A DNA stretch of 64,000 bases from Candidatus Latescibacterota bacterium (GCA_965198115.1 OZ240241.1:8032001-8096000), one strand, 5' to 3'. Positions 38,478 through 49,816 are shown, counted from the first letter of the stretch. Made by a program: numbers and translations. Notes: generated from the letters alone by a model not told the origin.

Positions 38478-40391
38478 ATGCGCGCCATCCTCGGATTCGT
38501 GATTGCTGGCCTGCTGTGGGTAACCCCCGTCTGCGCCCAGTCGACACCCCTCACCTTCAGCCAGGAAGCTGAGACGCACTTCCAGCGTGCTCTCGCGCGT
38601 TACATCAAGAAAAACTATGTCGGAGCGCGAGAGACGCTGATCGAACTCGTCGAGCAGCACGCCGCCAACCAGCGTACGTCCGCAGCGCGACTCCTCCTCG
38701 GAAAGAGCCACTACAAGCTCGGGTCCTACAACGAAGCGCTCGCGGCTGCCATCGAGCTCTACGAACACTTCCCCTACAGCCGTTACCTGCCCGACGCCGA
38801 TCTCCTGATTGGCGATTGCTACTTCCGCCAAAACCAGATTTACAGCGCATCGACCCAGTACGCAAGAGTCCTCACTGCTCGGGCACCAACCGAGCTGAAG
38901 GCACGTGCCGCGGACCGACTCGGCCAGATGGTCGGCACCGGTCGGCTCACCGGCCGCGACGTCGCGCGACTGCGAGCCGACTTCGGAGAGATGATCGTCA
39001 ACGAGGCCGTCGCATTCGGGCAGGCCAGGTGGCCGGAAAAGCTCGGCCAGGTTGTCGAAGCCGACAAACGTCTCGCCGTCTTTCTGGAACGCTTTCCGAA
39101 TGGGTACCTCGAGCCCCTCGTAAGACGACGTCTGCTGGCCAGCGCCGCACGGACGGTCGATCCTGAACCAGAGGAGAACCTACCCACACAGGCCGAAGTC
39201 GAAGAGGACCCCTCCCAGGCAAAATACAAGATCGGCATCATCGCCCCTCTCAAATCGGCGGTCGGTCAGAACCTGAGGGACGGCATTCTTCTGGCTCGCG
39301 AACGCTACCCGCTCTCGAGCGGGAAACAGATCGGCCTGATTTTTCAGGACTCTGAAGGAAGCCCGATTCGAGCCGTCAAAGCTGCCGAGCGCATCGTCGA
39401 GCAATACGACGTGATCGCTATCATCGGCGCTCTCAGCAGTCTCGAAACGATTCCGCTGGCCGCACACCTCAGCCCTCAAGGCGTGCCCCTGATCGCTCCC
39501 ACCGCCTCGACCGACGAAATCGCATCGCTGCCGGCCGTCTTCCAGATGAACGCCACCCCGGGGGCTCAGGGCCGGCGGCTCGCCGACTACGCCGTCGGTA
39601 AGATCGGGCTGCGCACCCTGGCCACCCTCGCGCCCCGGGACGCCTACGGAAATCGTCTGGCCAAGGAATTCACGACCCGGGCCGAAGAACTGGGTGGGGA
39701 AGTCATCGTTCAGGAGTGGTTCGAGCCTGGGGCCACCGACTACCGTGGACAATTCAGTCGGATCCGCGATGCCGGACTCGCGTTGCGCATGCCCGAAGCG
39801 TTCGAGGGCAAGATCGACTCTCTCCTGCTGGGTGGGATTACGATTACCCCTCCTCCCCCAATCCCCGTCGACCCGGACACCGTGCAGCCCGAGAAGGTCC
39901 ATACGCTCGATGCCCTGCTCGTCGGGGCGGCAAGCGCCGAGGACGTACTCCTGATCACGCCGCAGGTGGCTTCGGCGCTGATCGACGCGCAACTCCTCGG
40001 AAGCGACGGATGGAATTTTCCCGAAGTTGCCCGAGACGGTGGCAACTACGTCGACAAAGCGATCTTCGTCGCAAAATACTACGACCGAAGCGCACTGCCG
40101 TCCGTTCAGGAATTCGTGAACCTCTACCGCGCACGGTTCGGCCGCGACCAGGACATTGCTGCAGCCCTCGGCCACGACGCCATGCGTGCGGCTCGGGAGG
40201 CCATCGAGCGGGGCGGAACCGACCGGGACTCCTTCATTCTGCAACTCCAGGCGCTCCAGGACATCCCCGGCGCGACGGGGTTCATCAGCTTCCGTCCCGG
40301 GGATCGTGAAAACACCTGGATGTATACCCTCAAGGTCCGCAGAGGTCGTATCGAGCCCCTCGCCGAATCCGACCACCCGCAGAGCCCCTGA
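38478..40391 (+). CDS. Exported TPR + periplasmic-binding type 1 (LppC/LpoA-like) protein
   Basis: Signal peptide, BamD-like TPRs, KIGIIAPL...AIIGALSS and IPGATG. Confidence 0.8.
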   Translation: MRAILGFVIAGLLWVTPVCAQSTPLTFSQEAETHFQRALARYIKKNYVGARETLIELVEQHAANQRTSAARLLLGKSHYKLGSYNEALAAAIELYEHFPYSRYLPDADLLIGDCYFRQNQIYSASTQYARVLTARAPTELKARAADRLGQMVGTGRLTGRDVARLRADFGEMIVNEAVAFGQARWPEKLGQVVEADKRLAVFLERFPNGYLEPLVRRRLLASAARTVDPEPEENLPTQAEVEEDPSQAKYKIGIIAPLKSAVGQNLRDGILLARERYPLSSGKQIGLIFQDSEGSPIRAVKAAERIVEQYDVIAIIGALSSLETIPLAAHLSPQGVPLIAPTASTDEIASLPAVFQMNATPGAQGRRLADYAVGKIGLRTLATLAPRDAYGNRLAKEFTTRAEELGGEVIVQEWFEPGATDYRGQFSRIRDAGLALRMPEAFEGKIDSLLLGGITITPPPPIPVDPDTVQPEKVHTLDALLVGAASAEDVLLITPQVASALIDAQLLGSDGWNFPEVARDGGNYVDKAIFVAKYYDRSALPSVQEFVNLYRARFGRDQDIAAALGHDAMRAAREAIERGGTDRDSFILQLQALQDIPGATGFISFRPGDRENTWMYTLKVRRGRIEPLAESDHPQSP

Positions 40392-40446
40392 CGTCCGTTC
40401 ATTCTGCCCCGCGAATAAGGGACGAATCCGAATCGGTTCGTCCTTT

Positions 40447-40461
40447 TGGCATGATGCTTGC
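40447..40461 (+). promoter_or_regulatory. Putative sigma54 (-24/-12) promoter
   Basis: TGGCATGATGCTTGC with canonical GG-N10-GC spacing, right after hairpin 40420-40443. Confidence 0.6.
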
Positions 40462-40510
40462 CACTCCGACACCGTGAGTTCATCGCCCAACCACGTTTTT
40501 CACGGACGGA

Positions 40511-42317
40511 GTGTGGCTTCTGGCCCAAAAGTCGTCACGCAAACGCGGAACATGTCTTTCACGTCCCGTATCCTGGTCGAACGTTCTTTGCTGCCTCCTC
40601 CTCGCAACCACGTCGGTCCCCGGCCAGCCCATCGATGAACTGGAAGCCGAAGCCTGGCGGCAACACGCGGACGCCCTCGACGGCCTCGTGGTCGACCTCA
40701 ACACGGCGTCACGCGACGCGCTGTTACAGCTGCCCTCCTGGCCGATCGCATCCTGGCCCGACGACGCACACACGGAGCGTTTCGTGACCTGGATCAGCTC
40801 CTGGACGTCGAAGGGATCGAGCGCGAACATCTCGACCCTCTGATTCCCTACGTTGAGACATCGTCCGAACCCGCAAGCCCCGTTCGCATCCGCCACCGAT
40901 GGCGCTTCACACGTGGGTCGGGTCGAGCCACCCGCCTGTCGGATCTCCGCATCGCCCATCGCACGACAGTAACGGGAGAAGGGTTTGAGGCCACGCTCCT
41001 GACCGAGCGCGATCCTCAGGAACGATCCCTGGCCGACCACCGCACGGGCAGCCTGCTGGTTCGTCGCCGCCGCCTCCAGATCGCACTGGGATCCCTCCGT
41101 ATCGGCCACGGTCAGGGTCTTCTCCTCAGCCGTCGCAGGTCGTCGGGACTCACCGCCTCCGCCGTGCGTCGCTCGGAGAGCCGGCGGCCCACCGACCACA
41201 CCTCGTCGGAAACCGGAAGGCTCCTGGGTGTGAGCACGTCTCTGCGGGTCGGGCACGTAGGGACGCGTCTCGTCCTCGCACGCGCAGCGTGGGATGCCGA
41301 CCTGGATGACGGTGTGGCCTCGCCTGTGGGCACGGGTATTCACGTCACATCAGAGCAAGTCGCTCGAAGAGGCCGACTCAAGGAGCGATTCCTCGCGGGC
41401 TCCGTCGGGATGGGGAACCGAACCGCACTTTCGGCCTCGTTCACATCGTCGACCTTTTCAGAGCCCGCCGTGTTCGACGAGGTCCCGCTGCGGAACCTGA
41501 TGGGCTATTCCATTTCGGCGATGGCCGTACGCAGGGGCCAGCGCGTCTTTGCGGAGGTCGCCCGTAGTCTCGACGACACTCCATCCCAGGCCGGACACGC
41601 CTGGCTCGTGGGTACGGACCTTATCCACGATGCATTCCGTCTGACCGCAGCCGCTCGTCATTATGGGCAACACTTCCTCACCCTGCGTGGCACGCCAATC
41701 ACGGCCTATTCGGGATCGACCGACGACGAGATCGGCTGGTTCGTCGGGTGGCAGGTCGTTTGGGTCGGCGCACCCGATTCGAGGTCGACCTCGATCGCCA
41801 CGTTCGCCGGGCTCAGACCGTGCCGGTACGTGGCAGCCGCTGGCGTCTTAAAGCAACGCACGGGCGCGGATCCCTCACGCTGCGCGCGACCGTTTCATCG
41901 CGGCACGACATTGGGCGCGAAACCGGGGACAGGTTCCGTCGACAGCTCAGAGTGTCGGTCACCCGACCCGGCGATACACGGACTCGACTGTGGCTGGACC
42001 AGATCCGCGAGAATCGCAAGGATCGACGTCAACGCAGATTCGGGAGTGGAATCGAATGGCAACGCACTTCTTCACGCGGAAGGTTTTCCATCTGGTATCA
42101 CTACCACCGCATTCACGGATCTGACGCGCGCATCTATGCGTTCCGACCGGACATAGGCGGCGGTCTTCCTGTTGCCCTGACGGGGACTGGATTCCACACC
42201 GGCGTCACTGCGTCGAGAGCATTTGGGCCCTTTCGTCTCTTCTTCCGCTACACGTTTCGGCGCATCAAGAGCGGGAGTCGAACCGACTGGGTGTCTCAAT
42301 TCGAGTGGCGACGGTAG
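40511..42317 (+). pseudogene. ComEA helix-hairpin-helix + beta-barrel protein, at least 2 frameshifts
   Basis: VDLNTASRDALLQLP (frame 2), then LADRILARRRTHGAFRDLDQLLDVEGI...ERDPQE...GHGQGL (frame 1), then a beta-rich tail ending SQFEWRR (frame 3). Shifts near 40737 and 41755. Confidence 0.75.
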
Positions 42318-42405
42318 CTTTACCCTTGTCGCCCGGTCTGTGACGGGCTACATTCAAAAACCCTCCTCCAGCCCGCTTCAGCCTCCCCGCTTCACCAAGC
42401 TACGC

Positions 42406-43647
42406 ATGCCCATTTCGCTCCTGCACTGCGCCGATACCCACCTCGGTGTGGAAACCTACGGTCGCCTCGATCCTGCGACAGGTCTGAACACCCGTCTCCA
42501 AGACTTCACTCGGAGTCTGCGTTTCATTTTTCAGACCGCGATCGACGAACACGTCGATCTCGTCGTCTTCGCGGGCGACGCCTTCAGAACCTGCGACCCC
42601 ACTCCCACGCATCTACGCGCGTTCGCCGACGCCGTCCGGTTACTCGTGGAAAGCGACATTCCCCTGGTCATGATCACGGGCAATCACGATGCGCCCGTCA
42701 GTTTTGGAAAAGCCTCCTCGATCGACATCTTTTCAACGCTCGGGGCCAGCCACATCTTCGTCGCCGACACGCCTCGTCTCCTCGACATCGACACGGCTCG
42801 CGGCCCGGTTCAGGTTGCGTGCCTGCCCTGGCTGCATCGCAGTCGGGTCCTCACCGATCCGCGGTTCGATGGGATCGGGGAGGTCGAAACGACGGTTGCG
42901 CTCGCATCCATCGCCTGCGAGGAGATCGACCGTCTCGCTTCCCTGGTCGATGTGTCCAAACCATCCATCCTGCTGGCCCACGCCGCGCTGTCCGACGCCG
43001 TTCTGTCCGGAACCGAACGAACCGCCGTCCTCGGACGCGACCCGACTCTGTCCACAGACACGCTGGCGCGCCCCGAATTCGACTACGTCGCCCTGGGGCA
43101 CATCCATCGGTTTCAAAATCTCAACCCCGACGGATCCCCCCCGGTCGTGTATGCCGGCAGCATCGAACGCGTGGATTTCGGCGAAGAGACCGAGCCCAAG
43201 GGTGCCGTTCTCGTCGAGATCGCTGACGGCCCCCATCCTCGTCCCACGTCGACGCGTTACGTTTCCACGCCCGCACGCCGCTTCGTCACGATCGAGGCTT
43301 GCGTTCCTCCCGGGGCCGATCCGACAGCCGTCCTCGTCGAAGCCATCGAACGCCACGATGTCCGAGACGCCGTCGTCCGCGTGCTCTACGAGACCGACAC
43401 CGAAACCTCGCCTCCCGACGCTAAGTGCCTGCGTACCGCTCTTCGCGGTGCGGCACACGTCGCGCTCATCGGGCGTCGGTCGAGCACACCGTGTAGAACG
43501 ACAAGAGCTCACATCACGCAGCAAATGGGGCTGACCCAAGCCATCAAGACCTACCTGTCCGTGCATCCCGAATTGGCCACGTACCAATCGGACCTCATCG
43601 ACCGGGCACTCGGTCTGGCTACCCAGATAGAGGAGGACACTGCGTGA
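42406..43647 (+). CDS. sbcD: Exonuclease SbcCD subunit D (Mre11-like)
   Basis: ADTHLG, AGD, GNHD and YVALGHIH. Confidence 0.95.
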   Translation: MPISLLHCADTHLGVETYGRLDPATGLNTRLQDFTRSLRFIFQTAIDEHVDLVVFAGDAFRTCDPTPTHLRAFADAVRLLVESDIPLVMITGNHDAPVSFGKASSIDIFSTLGASHIFVADTPRLLDIDTARGPVQVACLPWLHRSRVLTDPRFDGIGEVETTVALASIACEEIDRLASLVDVSKPSILLAHAALSDAVLSGTERTAVLGRDPTLSTDTLARPEFDYVALGHIHRFQNLNPDGSPPVVYAGSIERVDFGEETEPKGAVLVEIADGPHPRPTSTRYVSTPARRFVTIEACVPPGADPTAVLVEAIERHDVRDAVVRVLYETDTETSPPDAKCLRTALRGAAHVALIGRRSSTPCRTTRAHITQQMGLTQAIKTYLSVHPELATYQSDLIDRALGLATQIEEDTA

Positions 43648-46600
43648 TCCCCGTTTCCCTCCGGCTGAGCAACTTCCTGAGCTACGGCGAAGACGTGAAC
43701 GAGCTCGACTTCACCGCGTTCGACGTCGCCTGTGTGTGCGGGAAGAACGGGCACGGCAAATCTGCACTATTCGATGCCGTCACGTGGTCCCTCTGGGGCG
43801 AGGCTCGGAAAGCGGGAAGCGAACGCAAGGCCGACGCGGGGTTGGTGCGATCGGGCGCCCGTGAGATGCGTGTCGCGTTCGTCTTCGACCTCCACGCACA
43901 TCGCTACCGAGTCATCCGATCCTTCCGCAAGCGACCCAGCGGAGGGGTCGCCGGCCTCGAGCTGCAGATATTCGATTCCGCCACGACCCGCTATCATTCA
44001 CTCTCCGAATCCGGATCCGTTCGGCAGACGCAGCAGCGCATCCACGCCCTCCTGGGCATGAGCTACGAGACCTTTGTCAACAGCGCACTGCTTCTACAGG
44101 GTCAGGCCGACGCCTTCACTCGCCGAAGCCCGGGCGATCGCAAAGCGGTGCTGGCCGAGATCCTGGAGCTGAACCGCTACGACGACCTGTCAGAAGCGGC
44201 GCGCGAGCATCTCGCCAGTGCCAGGGCCGCCGCTGCCCAGGGTGCTCGACGGCTGGCCGAAATCGACGAGACCTCTGCTCGGCTCGAGACACTAAAGTGC
44301 CAGTGCCAAGACCAGGAGTTGCGCTTCAAAGAGGCAACACGGGCGTGGGAGGAAGCCGATCGACGCCTGAACGAGGCAAAAACGAGAGCGGCCGACGTCG
44401 AGCGACTGAGGCGCGAACTGTCCGAAACGCGGGCGGAACGACAACGTCTCAGCAAGGAGATCAAAGAGGTCCGTAACCAGCTTGGCGCTGCGCGTCACCG
44501 AAGACACGCGGCATCCATCCTCCTCGCTGATGCCGCGGCGATTCGGGAACGGTCCGCCCGCAGAAGCCTTCTCGAAGCTCGCGTAGCCGATTTCGCCCAG
44601 CGTCACATCGAAACCACGACGGCCCTTGCCCAAAAGACCGAGCTGGAAGCGAAGGTCGCCGGAGCGCGTCAGCGAGCCAGTCACGAACTCGAACTCTGCC
44701 GACGCCAGCAGGCACTCGCGGCAGAGGAGCTCGCCCGGGTCGAAGCCACCCTGGCCACTTTAAGCGAGGTCGCCGATCTCGTTCGAGCCCTCGAGGACCT
44801 CAAGGCCGAAGATAGACGCCTGAACGAAGCGCGCAACAAGGAACACCGTCTCCGGGCCGAACTCTCGGAAGCCACGACCCTGTTCGAACGGGAGTGTGCC
44901 AAACGGAAAGCACGAATCGCATCCCTCGCCGAAGAGATCGAACGACACCGGCAGACGGCAACCGCGCTCTCAGAACTCGACGACCGGGTCGAACAGTTGA
45001 ACCGACAAAAAGACGAGGTCCGTACGCTGGAACGAGCTCAAGAAAAACTGCGACACGAAAGTCTTGTCCTTTCGAAGGAAGAAGCGTCGTGGGCGGCACG
45101 GCTGTCCGACTCGGAAACGGTGATGTCCCGAATCGACCGGCAATTGGACGACCTCGGACAATCGGACGGCGACTGCCCCGTCTGCGGCACGCTCCTCGAT
45201 GAAGGGCACCGGAAGAACGCCATCGAACGCCTTGAGCAGGATCGTTCAGAATGCTGTCAGGAACGAGATCGAGGTCGTCTCGCCGTCGCACACGCGCAGG
45301 TCAGGCAAAGAACTCTCGCGGACGCGATCGCCCAGAATGAACAGTCAGTGGCTCGCGCGGCTCGTGTCGAAGCCGATTTGGCCCAAGCACAGATCGAACG
45401 AAATCAGGCGATGGTCGCGCAAGAGGAGTTGGCCAACGCCGAGTCCGAACACCGACGTGGACGAACGAACCTGCAGCGATTCGTGAAGGCGAGTCGCCGC
45501 GCCCGAAGGTGCGAACAACACCGATCATCCATCGCCGCGCTCGACTACGACGCCTCTGTTCACGACGACGTGCGTCGGCGGATCGAAGCCGTGGGATACG
45601 CGGAAACCGACCTCCGAAACATCGAGCTTGCCCGCGCCGAACAGCCCAGGTTGGCCTCTCTGCTCGAAGAGGCCCAAGATCGGACACACGAGGCGGAGAG
45701 TCTGCTGAACGGCGAGACGGTCGATCCCGTCATCCGCAAGCAACTGGAAGAAGCCAACGAACGGATCGCACGTCTCGACTACGACGAGCAACGCCACCGA
45801 AAAGCCCACGAAGAGCTACAGGCCACTTCCGACGTTCCGGACGCACTCGAGAGATTGCGGGGAGCCGAGCGTGATGCCGAAACGGCAGAAGCGCAGATCG
45901 GGGCCCTTGAGCATCAGCTGGAATCGCTTCGACCCCTGCTCTCTGTGTGTGAGCGGCAGATGGGCGCCCTCGAGTCAGCGCTCGGGGCCAGCACCGATTC
46001 GGAATCGAACATTCAAACCCTCCAGGACGGCGTCTTCGAAGCCCGCGACACACGGGACCGATTGCTTCAAGGCGTGGCCACGCTACGACGCGACTGCGAA
46101 ATGGGTCAGGAGACGATCGATCGTCGGCCGCACGTAAAATCCGAGCTCGAGAGGGCCGAAAAAGATGTCGTTCTGTATGGACACCTGATCGCCGCGTTCG
46201 GCCGCGACGGCATTCCCGCACTGATCATCGAGCAGGCCATTCCCGAAATCGAAGCCGAGGCGAACGCGCTGCTGGCCAGGTTGACCGGGGACGGCACACG
46301 GGTCATCCTCGATCCTGTTCGAAACCTCAGAGGAGGCGGAACACGCGAAACGTTCGACATTCGGATCAGCGACGACGTCGGAGAGCGCCCCTACGAGCTC
46401 TACTCAGGCGGTGAAGCGTTTCGCGTGGACTTCGCCCTTCGTATTGCCCTCTCCCGGCTTCTCGCTCGGAGAACAGGTGCACCGTTGCAGACCCTCGTGA
46501 TCGACGAAGGCTTCGGAACGCAAGACACGGAGGGCGTGGACCGGCTGGTCGATGCCATTCAGACGGTCCGCGAGGACTTTGCCAAGATTCTCATCATCTC

Positions 46601-46691
46601 TCACGTCGATGCCGTCAAGGACGCCTTCCCCGTGACCATCGCGGTCACCAAAACACCCGACCGCGGATCCAGCTTTCAGGTTCTGAGCTGA
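43644..46691 (+). CDS. sbcC: SbcC/Rad50 SMC ATPase
   Basis: GKNGHGKS, CPVCG zinc hook, SGGE and IDEGFG. Confidence 0.95.
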   Translation: MIPVSLRLSNFLSYGEDVNELDFTAFDVACVCGKNGHGKSALFDAVTWSLWGEARKAGSERKADAGLVRSGAREMRVAFVFDLHAHRYRVIRSFRKRPSGGVAGLELQIFDSATTRYHSLSESGSVRQTQQRIHALLGMSYETFVNSALLLQGQADAFTRRSPGDRKAVLAEILELNRYDDLSEAAREHLASARAAAAQGARRLAEIDETSARLETLKCQCQDQELRFKEATRAWEEADRRLNEAKTRAADVERLRRELSETRAERQRLSKEIKEVRNQLGAARHRRHAASILLADAAAIRERSARRSLLEARVADFAQRHIETTTALAQKTELEAKVAGARQRASHELELCRRQQALAAEELARVEATLATLSEVADLVRALEDLKAEDRRLNEARNKEHRLRAELSEATTLFERECAKRKARIASLAEEIERHRQTATALSELDDRVEQLNRQKDEVRTLERAQEKLRHESLVLSKEEASWAARLSDSETVMSRIDRQLDDLGQSDGDCPVCGTLLDEGHRKNAIERLEQDRSECCQERDRGRLAVAHAQVRQRTLADAIAQNEQSVARAARVEADLAQAQIERNQAMVAQEELANAESEHRRGRTNLQRFVKASRRARRCEQHRSSIAALDYDASVHDDVRRRIEAVGYAETDLRNIELARAEQPRLASLLEEAQDRTHEAESLLNGETVDPVIRKQLEEANERIARLDYDEQRHRKAHEELQATSDVPDALERLRGAERDAETAEAQIGALEHQLESLRPLLSVCERQMGALESALGASTDSESNIQTLQDGVFEARDTRDRLLQGVATLRRDCEMGQETIDRRPHVKSELERAEKDVVLYGHLIAAFGRDGIPALIIEQAIPEIEAEANALLARLTGDGTRVILDPVRNLRGGGTRETFDIRISDDVGERPYELYSGGEAFRVDFALRIALSRLLARRTGAPLQTLVIDEGFGTQDTEGVDRLVDAIQTVREDFAKILIISHVDAVKDAFPVTIAVTKTPDRGSSFQVLS

Positions 46692-47825
46692 GTGGTGCCC
46701 GCGGCCGCACCGATACCCACCCGTCAGTCGGCCTGGATTGAAGTCGATCGCGAAGCCATCGCCGACAACGTCCGATCCGTAAACAGCCTGCTCGGACCGT
46801 CCACAAGATACACGGCCGTCGTCAAAGCGAACGGATACGGACACGGGTTGGTGGCAGCGGCGCAGGCCGCGATTACCGGGGGCGCCGACGCGCTCGGCGT
46901 GGCCCTCCTCGAAGAAGGGGCCGCGCTCAGAGCGGCTGGGGTTCGATCTGCAATCCTCGTCCTCGGCGCCAGCCTGCCCGAATGCGCCGATGCACTCGTC
47001 GAGAACGACCTCGCCCCGATGGTGTCCGATCCTGCTCTCATCGAAGCCCTCGACCTCGCGGCGCAACGTCAAGACAGGGTTGTCCGTGTTCACGTCAAAG
47101 TGGACACGGGAATGGGCCGCGTCGGCGCCCATCCCGAACGGATCGAGTCTCTGCTCGACCAAGCCAGGACCCGACCCCAGGTCCGTCTCGACGGTCTCTC
47201 GACACACATCGGCTGGGAGGACAAGGCCCGCATCGATGAGCAGGTCAATTCTTTTCTCAGCCTGGCAAACCGCGTCGGAACCGACGACTGCGCCCGACAC
47301 GCCGCGAACAGCCTCGTCGCTCTTCAATCGAGCGCCGGACGGATGGACATGGCCCGGCTGGGCCTCCTCACTTACGGCGTCCTCCCGCAACCCCTCTACC
47401 AGACCGAAGAACCCGCCGATCTTCGTCCCGCCCTGTCGATCCTCGCTCGGATCACGCAGTTGCGGGACGCAGACCCCGGTCAGACGGTGAGCTACGGTGG
47501 CACCTACACGGTCGATCGCCCCTCGCGTCTGGCCATCCTGCCGGTCGGCTATGCCGACGGCTACCCCCGCTCGTTATCCAACCGCGGCCAGGTGCTCATC
47601 CACGGATGCCGCTGCCCGGTTCGGGGCGCCGTATGCATGGACCAGATCGTCGTCGACGTGACGGAATGTCCCGACGCGCGACTCGGAAGTCGCGCCGTCC
47701 TCGTCGGTTCGGATGGCCGCCTCACGATTACGATCAACGATCTTGCCCACACCGCGGGCGCCATCCCTCACGAAATCCTCGCCGGTCTTGGCCCGCGCCT
47801 TCCCAGAGTCTCAGGGCCCCGTTAG
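46692..47825 (+). CDS. alr: Alanine racemase
   Basis: AVVKANGYGHG, KVDTGMGRVG, GYADG and CMDQ. Confidence 0.97.
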   Translation: MVPAAAPIPTRQSAWIEVDREAIADNVRSVNSLLGPSTRYTAVVKANGYGHGLVAAAQAAITGGADALGVALLEEGAALRAAGVRSAILVLGASLPECADALVENDLAPMVSDPALIEALDLAAQRQDRVVRVHVKVDTGMGRVGAHPERIESLLDQARTRPQVRLDGLSTHIGWEDKARIDEQVNSFLSLANRVGTDDCARHAANSLVALQSSAGRMDMARLGLLTYGVLPQPLYQTEEPADLRPALSILARITQLRDADPGQTVSYGGTYTVDRPSRLAILPVGYADGYPRSLSNRGQVLIHGCRCPVRGAVCMDQIVVDVTECPDARLGSRAVLVGSDGRLTITINDLAHTAGAIPHEILAGLGPRLPRVSGPR

Positions 47826-47884
47826 GTCGAATTTCGCTATATTTCAAGGTCTCGTTCCTTTGAACCGGATCGACGGGAGCCCGA

Positions 47885-48916
47885 ATGAACCTACGTTCGT
47901 CTGCCCTGCTGAGTTCGATCGTCCTGCTCGTATCGGCCTGCGTCGACAGCCAGCCCGCTTCGGTCGGGCCTACGCAGGAAATCCTCGTGCTTGCCGACCC
48001 CGACGACTGGCGAACCCTCGAAGTTCCCATCCGGGAGACCTTCGAAAAGGTCCTGCGAACACCTCAGGAGGAAAAGATTTTCAGCGTCGAACACGGACGG
48101 ATCGCCGACCTGAAGACGCACAAGCACCTCCGGCGCAAAAACCTGATGGTCGCCGCCCCGATCGGCGCAGAGCACGAGGTTGGAGACTTTCTTCGAGATC
48201 TCCTGAGCGCCCCGGTCCGTGAGAGCATCGCCGAAGGCCGGGGCGGCGTGTCTTGGAAGAAAAACGTCTGGGCCAAAGACCAGCTGTTGATCGTCGCGTC
48301 GGGCAGAGACCTGGAATCGCTCGTCGCCGGCATCCGAATGGAAGCCGATCGGCTCTTTTCGACGGCGGAGGAAGCCCGTAACGAGCGGGTCACCCAGCTG
48401 ATTTACAAATACGGGGAACGGAAGGACGTCACCGCCCAGCTGCTCGAGGACTTCGGATGGCAGATTCGCGTGCCCTTCGGCTACCGCATCCTCGAATCCA
48501 AGCCCGACAGTGGTTTCGTCGCGCTCGTCAAAGAGGAGCCAAATCGGTGGTTCTTCGTCTACTGGGAGGACGGCATCTCACCCGACACGCTCACCCACGA
48601 CTGGGTCATCGCCAAGCGTAACGACATCACGCGTCGCTTCTTCGACAACGACAGGATCGCACCCGGCGAAGTCGACGTGTTTCAGGATGAGTTTCGGGGA
48701 AAGCTGGCGGTGGTCCTGCAGGGGCTTTGGGAAAACCAAAGACAGTGGACGGGAGGGCCGTTCAAGAGCTACGCCTTCGTCGACGTCGATCAGGAAAGAC
48801 TGTGGTTTGTGGACGTCGGAGTCTTTTCACCCAACAAGCGTAAAGAGACCTACCTCCGGCAACTGGATCTGATCGCACAAACCTTCTATTACGCATCTTT
48901 CGGGAGTGAGGGATAA
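47885..48916 (+). CDS. DUF4837-family lipoprotein
   Basis: Lipobox VSAC; PQEE, NVWAKDQ, GLW...GGPF and PNKRK...LRQL. Confidence 0.8.
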   Translation: MNLRSSALLSSIVLLVSACVDSQPASVGPTQEILVLADPDDWRTLEVPIRETFEKVLRTPQEEKIFSVEHGRIADLKTHKHLRRKNLMVAAPIGAEHEVGDFLRDLLSAPVRESIAEGRGGVSWKKNVWAKDQLLIVASGRDLESLVAGIRMEADRLFSTAEEARNERVTQLIYKYGERKDVTAQLLEDFGWQIRVPFGYRILESKPDSGFVALVKEEPNRWFFVYWEDGISPDTLTHDWVIAKRNDITRRFFDNDRIAPGEVDVFQDEFRGKLAVVLQGLWENQRQWTGGPFKSYAFVDVDQERLWFVDVGVFSPNKRKETYLRQLDLIAQTFYYASFGSEG

Positions 48917-48921
48917 GAAGC

Positions 48922-49659
48922 ATGGCGGAACAGACGCAACGGGAACGTTCGCGCCTCGCACGGGTGAGGGCAACCGTCAGAAGACGCCTCATCGCTGGCG
49001 TCGCCGTCCTCGTCCCCCTCGTGGTGACGTTCATCGCGCTCCGCCTCGTGTTTCAATGGCTTGACGGATTCGCCCAGCCTCTGATCAAGGGCGTTCTGGG
49101 TTCCGAGGATGACATCCCGGGCCTGGGCATCGCGCTGACGCTCGTCGCGGTGTGGGTTGCGGGCGTCCTGGGCGGCAACGTCGTCGGAAGACGTGTCATC
49201 GGACAGGGCGACGAAATCATCGCCCGGATCCCGCTGATCGGGAGCATCTACACACCCGTCAAGCAGTTCATCAGCACGGTGGTCTCACCTCACCCTCGGC
49301 ACGACTTCAGAAGAGTGGTCCTGGCAGAATACCCTTCCGACGATCGTTGGATCCTGGGTTTCGCCACGGGAGAAGTCACTTTGCCCGAGGAAACACCCGG
49401 CCAGTGCGTGTTCGTGCCCACCTCACCCAACCCGGCCACTGGATGGATGGTCATCTTTCCAGAGGACAAGGTTCAGGAAACAGATCTCTCAGTTGAAGAA
49501 GCCATGCGCGTGATCGTATCCGGCGGGATTGTCGTTCCTGAGGCCCTCGGTCACGCCGGCGTCACCGAGGATGAGCTTCCGCTCTTTCAATCCCCTCCCG
49601 AAGCATCCGGTTCGCCAGATCGGCCTCCGACAGCTGCCCGTCCCGGGCAAGGCGTGTGA
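48922..49659 (+). CDS. DUF502 membrane protein
   Basis: PLVVT...IPLIGSIY...FVPTSPNPATG...VIVSGG. Confidence 0.9.
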   Translation: MAEQTQRERSRLARVRATVRRRLIAGVAVLVPLVVTFIALRLVFQWLDGFAQPLIKGVLGSEDDIPGLGIALTLVAVWVAGVLGGNVVGRRVIGQGDEIIARIPLIGSIYTPVKQFISTVVSPHPRHDFRRVVLAEYPSDDRWILGFATGEVTLPEETPGQCVFVPTSPNPATGWMVIFPEDKVQETDLSVEEAMRVIVSGGIVVPEALGHAGVTEDELPLFQSPPEASGSPDRPPTAARPGQGV

Positions 49660-49816
49660 GCCCTTCCATCACATCCCCATCCAGAATCGTGGCCAATCGA
49701 TCAACCCGTTGATCCTGTCGTGCCGGGAGTTGGTCTCCCTCTCGCCGACCGTAGATACGGGATACCAGAACCAGGAGCACGATCAGACAAACAAGCAAGA
49801 ATACAAAGGCATCCAT
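49562..49816 (-). CDS. Small membrane protein (hypothetical)
   Basis: RBS GAAGG and an N-terminal TM helix; overlaps the DUF502 3' end. Confidence 0.45.
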   Translation of the reverse strand: MDAFVFLLVCLIVLLVLVSRIYGRREGDQLPARQDQRVDRLATILDGDVMEGLTRLARDGQLSEADLANRMLREGIERAEAHPR

